IMG/VR virus record: IMGVR_UViG_3300032239_000345
Location: 1-32,755 of that record
Strand: one strand, 5' to 3'
Length of the DNA: 32,755 nucleotides
Source of the DNA: a virus
Lineage: Duplodnaviria; Caudoviricetes
The notes under the pieces were generated by a model that worked only from the letters and a program-made list of their open reading frames with translations, was not told the origin of the DNA and ran no database searches. Below, piece by piece: positions 26,910-32,755 of this stretch (positions are counted from its first letter, which is position 1; every line of letters starts with the position of its first letter). Made by a program: the position numbers and the translations under genes.

Positions 26910-27423
26910 TAAGGCGCATACGTGGCGTTGGGCAGATGTGCGTGACATCATGCCCATTGTGGCCATGGCGCAACAACAGTTTCAAACGGAAATTGATTCA
27001 ATTCTAACACCTGATCCTGCTGTCTATGCCTACAATATAGACAAGGCCATTACCACACAGAGACACACCTTGGACCAAACACAATTGTTGGTGTGTTATC
27101 AAGGTGAGAAATTAATTGCCTACACATGGATCTCACGTGGTGTTTACACTGACTACAGCAGAGATGAAATTGCTGAAGCACGTTTTCTACACATGGATCT
27201 TGACCTAAGCACACGAGTAAGAATTCAGTTGTGCCAAGAAGCATTAGATCATTGGGTCAAATGGTGCAGTAGTATAAATATACCAGTGCTGGTCAGTACC
27301 AGTATTAGGCGAGACCAACGTGCCTTTTTGCGTTTGCATGAACGCATGGGGTTTGATATAAGAGGTAGCATTGCCTACAAACGTATAAAGGAAATGAAAT
27401 GCGAGCAACAGGAACAAAATTAG
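26896..27423 (+). CDS. Second GNAT-like acetyltransferase
   Basis: WRWA...DI..I start, KLIAY.W, AFLRLHERMGF C-terminal motif. Confidence 0.65.
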   Translation: MNAIDKAHTWRWADVRDIMPIVAMAQQQFQTEIDSILTPDPAVYAYNIDKAITTQRHTLDQTQLLVCYQGEKLIAYTWISRGVYTDYSRDEIAEARFLHMDLDLSTRVRIQLCQEALDHWVKWCSSINIPVLVSTSIRRDQRAFLRLHERMGFDIRGSIAYKRIKEMKCEQQEQN

Positions 27424-27662
27424 TAATTACTAAGATTGAAGTGGAACAGAAATCAGCCAGTGGAATCATATTCACCAATCAACAAGATCCCAACCCCAGT
27501 GCCAAGATCCTAAGTGTGGGACCTTCAGTTAAGGAAAAGAATCCAGAACTTGAAGAGGGACAGACTATTACAGTGGAATGGCAACACTGTGTCAAAGTAA
27601 TTCGTCAAGGTGTGACCTATTACATTGCTGATGCACAATCAGTCTACGCCATTGAGGAATAA
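27399..27662 (+). CDS. groES: Co-chaperonin GroES/Cpn10-like protein
   Basis: 87 aa; mobile loop EQKSASGIIF, ILSVGP, G..Y.I.....V.AIE; no groEL in the genome. Confidence 0.85.
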   Translation: MRATGTKLVITKIEVEQKSASGIIFTNQQDPNPSAKILSVGPSVKEKNPELEEGQTITVEWQHCVKVIRQGVTYYIADAQSVYAIEE

Positions 27663-27663
27663 T

Positions 27664-27957
27664 ATGACGCCAATTTCTAAAGAAGCCGCAGAACAACAAC
27701 TGTCATCAGCCCTACGCCTAGTGTTATTGAGTTATAGAGATGATCTTAAATTTGATGACTTTCATATTTTGGGCAAGTGCAATCTTATCCTACAGGGCTT
27801 TGTGGATGAAGAGGGTGACTTTACACGGGAATACAAGGATCTTGCTCAACAGGCCCTAACAGAACGTGCCAGCAAAGAGTTTGAAGACACGCTAATTCTG
27901 GACACTAAGCCAGAAGCTATAAGTTTGATTCTCCCCAAAGGAGTAGGTGGATATTGA
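27664..27957 (+). CDS. Hypothetical protein
   Basis: ATG after SD GAGGA; tightly packed in the operon. Confidence 0.7.
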   Translation: MTPISKEAAEQQLSSALRLVLLSYRDDLKFDDFHILGKCNLILQGFVDEEGDFTREYKDLAQQALTERASKEFEDTLILDTKPEAISLILPKGVGGY

Positions 27958-28211
27958 TGTTATACACAGTGGATTATATCAACACCTTGACAGAACAAGA
28001 ATGTACACAGTTAATTAAAAAGTTAGATAACGAATACAAATTTGATCTAGCATTGATTGGACGCAACATAGATGTGGACCAAGTGGTCAATACTCTAATT
28101 GCTCTAGAGTATCGCATTAAAAACTTTGAGATTGAACAATTGGAAATCAGTGATGATGCCAGGGCCAAAAAAAGCCTAGGTGCCATGAAGAGGTGGGCCC
28201 GTGAAGTCTAA
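27957..28211 (+). CDS. Hypothetical protein
   Basis: TGATG overlap with the upstream stop; helical sequence. Confidence 0.7.
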   Translation: MLYTVDYINTLTEQECTQLIKKLDNEYKFDLALIGRNIDVDQVVNTLIALEYRIKNFEIEQLEISDDARAKKSLGAMKRWAREV

Positions 28212-28218
28212 ATACACC

Positions 28219-28300
28219 TGTCGCTTGTTAATGCACCATCCAAGGATGCTGTGGACACAATTTTGTGCATTTCTACCACTGGGCCAAATTGGGAGCGACA
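28219..28300 (+). promoter_or_regulatory. Putative structured 5' leader that sequesters the SD
   Basis: tgtcgctt (28219-26) pairs with gagcgaca (28293-300); aatgcac (28230-36) pairs with gtgcatt (28265-71); preceded by CTAAATA at 28208-14. Confidence 0.5.
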
Positions 28301-28834
28301 ATGAATAACTTCCGTCATACGGGCACCTTTGATTACCAGCCCATACTCAGTGAGATAGTGGCCAACCCCGCATGGAATTGGCTTAACCTAAGAAGTTATG
28401 CGGGTCATACGAGAGATATAATATTACGTTATCAAAGTGTGGAAACCAATAAAACTATCAAGGATTTCTATACCAATCCCCTTTGTGTGGATTATTTTGT
28501 GCAGAGTTATTTTCCCAAGACCATGCAGTTAATACGCAATCACGTGGGCGATAAGAGCATAGGACGCATAGTAATAGCTGAACTAACCCCTGGCCAGCAA
28601 GTGGCTCCACACATTGACGAGGGGTTTTATAGTGATAATACTGATAGGCACCACTTTGTGGTCTCTACCAACGTGGAGTGTGTGATGATGAGTGGGAATG
28701 AACACCAACACATGCCCAGAGGCACCATATGGTGGTTCAACAATCATGTTACGCATTCAGCTGACAACAAGGGCACCACTACAAGAATACATGTGATAGT
28801 GGACACGTACAAAGATGACTCAGTTAACCTCTAA
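28301..28834 (+). CDS. Aspartyl/asparaginyl beta-hydroxylase-like Fe(II)/2OG oxygenase
   Basis: L.PG..V.PHID, R.H, G.IWWFNN...HS..N.G...RIH.IVD (HxD...H triad). Confidence 0.88.
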   Translation: MNNFRHTGTFDYQPILSEIVANPAWNWLNLRSYAGHTRDIILRYQSVETNKTIKDFYTNPLCVDYFVQSYFPKTMQLIRNHVGDKSIGRIVIAELTPGQQVAPHIDEGFYSDNTDRHHFVVSTNVECVMMSGNEHQHMPRGTIWWFNNHVTHSADNKGTTTRIHVIVDTYKDDSVNL

Positions 28835-29177
28835 ACGCAAACCCTGTATTGGCAAACGTCGCCACAAGGATCCATTTGAGCACGCAAGGTATATTCCATA
28901 CCTACGTGCAAGAGCACAGTGTAATTTCCGTCATGAAGAGTTTCTATTGACATTTAGAGATTGGTGTGACTTTTGGAGCACAGAACAGTTGTGGTTGGCA
29001 CGTGGCCGTGCAGTAACAGACCTTGCTCTAACACGTATAGATCCAGAAAAGGCTTGGTCAAGAACCAACTGCTGTATAATCAATAGATTGGTGCATTTGA
29101 ATTTGAAAAATAAAAGACTGCATGGCATGCCCTGGCAGCATCTTTTAGAAGGTGCTATTACACTAGATAAAGAATAG
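28815..29177 (+). CDS. HNH-like endonuclease family protein
   Basis: R...F.LTF.DW..FW......RGR......LTRID....W...N..II pattern. Confidence 0.65.
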   Translation: MTQLTSKRKPCIGKRRHKDPFEHARYIPYLRARAQCNFRHEEFLLTFRDWCDFWSTEQLWLARGRAVTDLALTRIDPEKAWSRTNCCIINRLVHLNLKNKRLHGMPWQHLLEGAITLDKE

Positions 29178-29184
29178 AATAAGG

Positions 29185-29213
29185 TTGACATCTCAGGCCT
29201 AATCATGTATAAT
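29185..29213 (+). promoter_or_regulatory. Sigma70-type promoter P4
   Basis: Perfect TTGACA (29185-90), 17 nt spacer, TATAAT (29208-13). Confidence 0.9.
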
Positions 29214-29219
29214 ATGTAT

Positions 29220-29311
29220 GATAGTGTAGCAAAACATCACGCAAACTAATTCGCCTTGGTCTCGTGGAGTTTTGAGAACCCTAGTTCAATCATGTTCTAG
29301 GGTATCTTTTT
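29220..29311 (+). ncRNA. Putative small RNA of about 90 nt (sRNA2)
   Basis: Lies between P4 and the hairpin accctag/ctagggt (29278-84/29297-303) followed by atcttttt; no credible ORF. Confidence 0.55.
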
Positions 29312-29326
29312 GAGTAAAATATCTTA

Positions 29327-29355
29327 TTGACAAATCCACAATGTTCCTGTATAAT
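29327..29355 (+). promoter_or_regulatory. Sigma70-type promoter P5 (leaderless transcript)
   Basis: Perfect TTGACA (29327-32), 17 nt spacer, TATAAT (29350-55); ATG begins at the 7th base after the -10 box. Confidence 0.9.
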
Positions 29356-29361
29356 TAATAC

Positions 29362-29691
29362 ATGAAACACACTAATAGAGATTACGATAATTTTAAATTT
29401 GTAGCGTTTAGCCAATATGGTATTCCTGGACAAATATTAGATGTAGTTCGTCCTTGGGTTGAAAAAGAATGCGGTAAAGATTTTTGGAGTCATGATGATG
29501 ATTTAGGTTACGCTGAATTAGGCAGAATTACTACACTGGATCAAGCATTGAAAGAACTTCAAGTTATATTGACAATGATGAAGGTTGATGGTAAAAGAAC
29601 TTATAACAACTTTCTTAAGGACGCTGGTGGTAGAGTTGGTAAAGGATTCTATCGCAAAGCACTCAAAGCATATTATTTGATGGGTGCTTAG
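29362..29691 (+). CDS. Hypothetical protein, leaderless and independently expressed
   Basis: 109 aa, no SD, start coincides with the predicted P5 transcription start. Confidence 0.75.
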   Translation: MKHTNRDYDNFKFVAFSQYGIPGQILDVVRPWVEKECGKDFWSHDDDLGYAELGRITTLDQALKELQVILTMMKVDGKRTYNNFLKDAGGRVGKGFYRKALKAYYLMGA

Positions 29692-29726
29692 AATAAACGG
29701 ACAAAGGGCTATTCCTCCCTTGATAA

Positions 29727-29759
29727 CTATCCCTAGGGGTGATAGGTCCAAAACCCCTA
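29727..29759 (+). other. Possible H-type pseudoknot in a structured intergenic region
   Basis: S1 ctatc/gatag (29727-31/29741-45); S2 taggggt/accccta (29734-40/29753-59). Confidence 0.4.
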
Positions 29760-29818
29760 ATTCCATTGGATTTGGCATGCAATCTTACCCGTAAGTTTTG
29801 ATTGTAATAAATATCCAT

Positions 29819-30193
29819 ATGGAACTTGAAAAACAATCAACCTTAGATCACGCCACGGACCTGCCTAAACATGGTGGTGCCCGTGAAGGTGCTGGCCGTC
29901 CTAAAGGTTCAACACATAAGATCACCGCAAGAGAAATATTAACACAGGCTGAGAGCATGTTGGGCAAGCCCTTGGTCATCTCTATATTAGAAGGTTATCG
30001 TGATACCATATACAACAATGACACCAAAGGCCGTCAAGTATATGAAAAGATGTTGCTAGACAAGACAGCGGCCACCATGATGGATGTGGAAGTAGAAGAC
30101 GTTGGTGACCAAGTGACCTTAAAGAGTCTAGCGTTCTCAGAGGCTATCAAGGCATTGAGCCAAATCAAGCCCCAAGACCACCCTGAAGAATAA
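29819..30193 (+). CDS. Putative terminase small subunit
   Basis: KHGGAREGAGRPKGS N-terminal motif followed by helices; first gene of the block running into terL; ATAAATA at 29807-13 just upstream. Confidence 0.55.
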   Translation: MELEKQSTLDHATDLPKHGGAREGAGRPKGSTHKITAREILTQAESMLGKPLVISILEGYRDTIYNNDTKGRQVYEKMLLDKTAATMMDVEVEDVGDQVTLKSLAFSEAIKALSQIKPQDHPEE

Positions 30194-30224
30194 TAGAATA
30201 TAAATATACGATAAGGAAACTATT

Positions 30225-30383
30225 ATGCCATTGATCAAATCTACCACACCTAAAGCGTTCAAAGAGAACATCAAGGCAGAAGTCAAGGCTGGTAAACCAG
30301 TCAAACAAGCGGTAGCCATAGCCTATGCTACCAAGCGTTCAGCTTCAAGTAAAAAGGCCACTACCACTAAAGGAAAACGTTAA
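30225..30383 (+). CDS. Small basic phage protein (52 aa, missing from the ORF track)
   Basis: MPLIKSTTPKAFKENIKAEVKAGKPVKQAVAIAYATKR...; SD TAAGGA; TATAAATA at 30199-206. Confidence 0.8.
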   Translation: MPLIKSTTPKAFKENIKAEVKAGKPVKQAVAIAYATKRSASSKKATTTKGKR

Positions 30384-30384
30384 A

Positions 30385-30816
30385 ATGGAATTCAAACCTC
30401 AAAACTCTACTACTGCTCGCAAGGGTGGCAACGATATGAAACGAGCTAGCCCACAAGGATCTAAGCGCATGGGATGGCAAAATACCACTCCTGATGGTTA
30501 CAGTGTAGATGCTACACCTTATGGACCATTAAGCGACAGTGTGTCCTCATACAAGGCCAACAGCAAGTATACTGGTAATCAGCATACTGGCATGTGCAAT
30601 GAACATGACAACTTTGGTCAAGCACAAATGCCCAACCGTAAAGGCAACATGGGCACTCCAAAAGGTCAGCGTATGGCTCCTAACAGTGCAGGTGGTGCCA
30701 GTGTAAGTGAAGGTGGTCGCAAGTGGATGCCTAGTGCAGGTCAAAACTATGTTGGTAATGCTGACAAGATTCAAATGCGTCAAGGCTTTAACAACGTAGG
30801 CAATAAGGATCAATAA
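30385..30816 (+). CDS. Gly/Asn/Gln-rich, probably disordered hypothetical protein
   Basis: Start moved to ATG 30385 after SD AAGGA, one base after the upstream stop. Confidence 0.7.
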   Translation: MEFKPQNSTTARKGGNDMKRASPQGSKRMGWQNTTPDGYSVDATPYGPLSDSVSSYKANSKYTGNQHTGMCNEHDNFGQAQMPNRKGNMGTPKGQRMAPNSAGGASVSEGGRKWMPSAGQNYVGNADKIQMRQGFNNVGNKDQ

Positions 30817-30818
30817 TC

Positions 30819-31181
30819 ATGGCAAGTACATTAAACTTTAGTCCTGCAGGTACAACCACAGCATTAAACGTGGGTCTAACTGCAACCAATGCCACCATTG
30901 CCAGTTTGATTCCTGTGCGTAGTTACTATGTGACCAACACAGGCAGCAATCCTGTTCAATTACGTTTTGATCCTTCAAATCAACCTACAGTAGTGTTTGC
31001 CACAGCGGGATCACCAACATTAGGTCCTATTATTGGCAGTCAGGATGATGCCATTATCAACATCCCAGCCACATTGACCACTGCCACACAAAATGGTTTT
31101 GTTACCAGCATTTACGTCAGTGCTATCAGCAACACTACAGTGCAAAATGCAGTGTACATTACACCTGTGCAAGTAAATTAA
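30819..31181 (+). CDS. Small beta-rich protein, possible virion decoration protein
   Basis: Thr/Ala/Val-rich, V.N.GSNPV...F and VYITP motifs; SD TAAGGA. Confidence 0.6.
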   Translation: MASTLNFSPAGTTTALNVGLTATNATIASLIPVRSYYVTNTGSNPVQLRFDPSNQPTVVFATAGSPTLGPIIGSQDDAIINIPATLTTATQNGFVTSIYVSAISNTTVQNAVYITPVQVN

Positions 31182-31189
31182 GGATCCAT

Positions 31190-31390
31190 ATGAAAGACGC
31201 AATGGCCAAACATGGACACTGGATCAAAGATGCAATTAAGAATCCAGGTGCCTTACACAAAGAACTAGGTGTTAAGCCAGGCAAGAAGATTCCAATGAAG
31301 AAGTTGGAAAAGGCTGAAGCCAGTAAGAACCCTAAAATTGCACGCCAAGCACGCCTAGCTGAAACGCTACGTGGCATGAAGAAGAAATAA
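31190..31390 (+). CDS. Small Lys-rich phage protein
   Basis: WIKDAIKNPGALHKELGV..GKKIP..KL...RLAETL; SD TAAGGA. Confidence 0.8.
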   Translation: MKDAMAKHGHWIKDAIKNPGALHKELGVKPGKKIPMKKLEKAEASKNPKIARQARLAETLRGMKKK

Positions 31391-31391
31391 T

Positions 31392-31436
31392 ATGGAACAG
31401 TGCCCAGTATGTGGACACAAGCATCCACCAAGATAA
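31392..31436 (+). CDS. Putative 14-aa CPxCGHxH micropeptide
   Basis: MEQCPVCGHKHPPR*; fills the gap between two genes and its stop overlaps the next SD. Confidence 0.4.
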   Translation: MEQCPVCGHKHPPR

Positions 31437-31447
31437 GGAAAACTAAA

Positions 31448-31726
31448 ATGAATGAATATCTACGCCCTATGAAGGAAAACTTTGGTAGTGGCCCACGTAT
31501 GGGCAATGATGTACGTGAAGGCAAACGTGACAGTTTTAAAGCTGCCAAAGGTGAACGTGCTGGTCTAGCTGACGTTGTGTTAGCGGCATTTGAAGCTCGT
31601 AACTTTAATGAGTTTAATGTGTCCAAATACAATCCACGTTTAGAATCAGTTGAAGGTGATGTTAAACCACAAATGGCCAAATTGGCTACAAGTGGCAAGT
31701 CAGGCGTTCAAGCTCGTCGCAAGTAA
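31448..31726 (+). CDS. Small basic hypothetical protein
   Basis: Start moved to ATG 31448 after SD TAAGGA. Confidence 0.7.
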   Translation: MNEYLRPMKENFGSGPRMGNDVREGKRDSFKAAKGERAGLADVVLAAFEARNFNEFNVSKYNPRLESVEGDVKPQMAKLATSGKSGVQARRK

Positions 31727-31735
31727 AAATGGTTA

Positions 31736-31766
31736 GGCAGTGCCATCTCACTGCCATTTGTATTTT
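31736..31766 (+). terminator. Possible intrinsic terminator
   Basis: ggcagtg/cactgcc 7-bp stem followed by T-rich atttgtatttt. Confidence 0.5.
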
Positions 31767-31779
31767 ATAGGAAAATGAA

Positions 31780-32598
31780 ATGAAGAAAACAACAAAACCC
31801 ACCCCAGACCCTTGGAATGAATCAGCAGCCGCTGAAGATATTGCTCCAACAGATCAACTAGTAGATGTTCCCATTGCAGATGAGGAAGACTACGCAGTCA
31901 GCAAGGTAGAAGATCTAATCCCACAAGAAGCAGTACAGCCCATTACTAGTGATTACTCAATTGAAGGTCTCAAAAGCGACTTTCCCAACAGTAAAGAACT
32001 AGAACAGTTTATATTTGACGAGCGTGGTGTGAGCCTAAAACTAAAAGGCATTGACCCTGCTAAGAAATATGAAATTGCCTTGGCAGTGCTATTGAACAAC
32101 GCAGTGGATGCCAAGTATATCACAGGTGCCAATCCCTATGTGGACAACACTGAGATTATTCCAGAAGATCCAATTCGTCCCATTCCCATGAAGGATCCCA
32201 AGTTACCCAATGAAGAACCCATGAGTGTTTACCATGACATGAACGTTCCTCATCCAGACACAGAAATGCGAGCACAGGATGCTAAAGTTAAATGCATGTT
32301 TAAAACCTATGCAGATGGTTCAATCTCATATGAAATCATTGGACCACTTGAAAAACATGCACAGGGTGAAAAGTTGGACAAGTATGGTCGCAGCCGTCCA
32401 GAAAAGTTCATATGGTTGGATCCACGCACAGGTGAGCAGGCCATTCGTTATGCCAATGGACAATACACACGCATGGGACAACGCCTACGCACACTGATGG
32501 AAAGTCGCAAGATCAACCGTAACCAATCAGTATGGTCAGTGTTTATTGATCGTAACTTTGTCAACTTTAACAGAGACGCAATTGAAAACCCTTGGTAA
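31780..32598 (+). CDS. Hypothetical protein (272 aa)
   Basis: Acidic N-terminus, SD AGGA; no recognised motif. Confidence 0.75.
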   Translation: MKKTTKPTPDPWNESAAAEDIAPTDQLVDVPIADEEDYAVSKVEDLIPQEAVQPITSDYSIEGLKSDFPNSKELEQFIFDERGVSLKLKGIDPAKKYEIALAVLLNNAVDAKYITGANPYVDNTEIIPEDPIRPIPMKDPKLPNEEPMSVYHDMNVPHPDTEMRAQDAKVKCMFKTYADGSISYEIIGPLEKHAQGEKLDKYGRSRPEKFIWLDPRTGEQAIRYANGQYTRMGQRLRTLMESRKINRNQSVWSVFIDRNFVNFNRDAIENPW

Positions 32599-32599
32599 T

Positions 32600-32755
32600 A
32601 TGCAGGCTGGTGTAGATGTAGATCCACTTGTTCAGGACTTAAAAATCCTGGGCAAGTTGAACACAATCCAACGCACCACCTTTATGGAAAAGGCTCCACA
32701 ACAGATGGAGCATATTCTACGACTGATCAGTGAACGATTGCATTTAGGATTGGAC
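32600..32755 (+). CDS. 5' part of the junction-spanning hypothetical protein (continues into 1..255)
   Basis: ATG one base after the upstream TAA; open frame through the terminal repeat. Confidence 0.75.
   Translation, partial: MQAGVDVDPLVQDLKILGKLNTIQRTTFMEKAPQQMEHILRLISERLHLGLD
32633..32755. repeat. Terminal direct repeat, right copy
   Basis: Identical to 1-123. Confidence 0.97.

Noticed and set aside
28219-28300. tRNA gene
   Set aside because: Similar length and a closing stem, but no TTC T-loop, D-loop or 3' CCA.
29243-29251. sRNA2 pairing with sRNA1 (aaactaatt with aattagttt at 24055-63)
   Set aside because: Only 9 AT-rich bases, and the other short matches are not in collinear order; not distinguishable from chance.
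29701-29765. HDV-like or hammerhead ribozyme
   Set aside because: I could not build a consistent P1/P1.1 helix set, and the hammerhead core CUGAUGA/GAAA is absent.

Overview
The window is an apparently complete, circularly assembled tailed-phage genome of about 32,632 bp: bases 1-123 are repeated exactly at 32633-32755, and one ORF reads through the join. Every credible gene is on the + strand. The virion module looks podovirus/P22-like: terminase, portal, scaffold, major capsid, adaptor, two tail fibres, tail/stabilisation proteins and ejection proteins, one with a lysozyme-fold domain. Accessory genes include Dps, GroES, two GNAT acetyltransferases, an Asp/Asn beta-hydroxylase-like oxygenase and two HNH-like proteins. 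I see no integrase, HTH repressor, helicase, conventional primase, SSB, sigma factor or free endolysin. The only replication candidate is a 338-aa stand-alone family-A/TV-Pol-like polymerase domain. Main finding: a promoter- and terminator-bounded structured RNA of about 210 nt (~24004-24215). It is complementary to the whole leader, uORF, RBS and start codon of that polymerase gene and, through a separate loop, to the RBS of a second sigma70-driven gene, which suggests an RNA-only repressor or copy-number switch. A second promoter-small RNA-terminator-promoter-gene cassette lies at 29185-29691. T4-late-promoter-like TAAATA boxes precede many structural genes although no late sigma factor is visible, which suggests a helper-dependent, satellite-like lifestyle (inference). 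All protein calls come from motif recognition by eye, not database searches.
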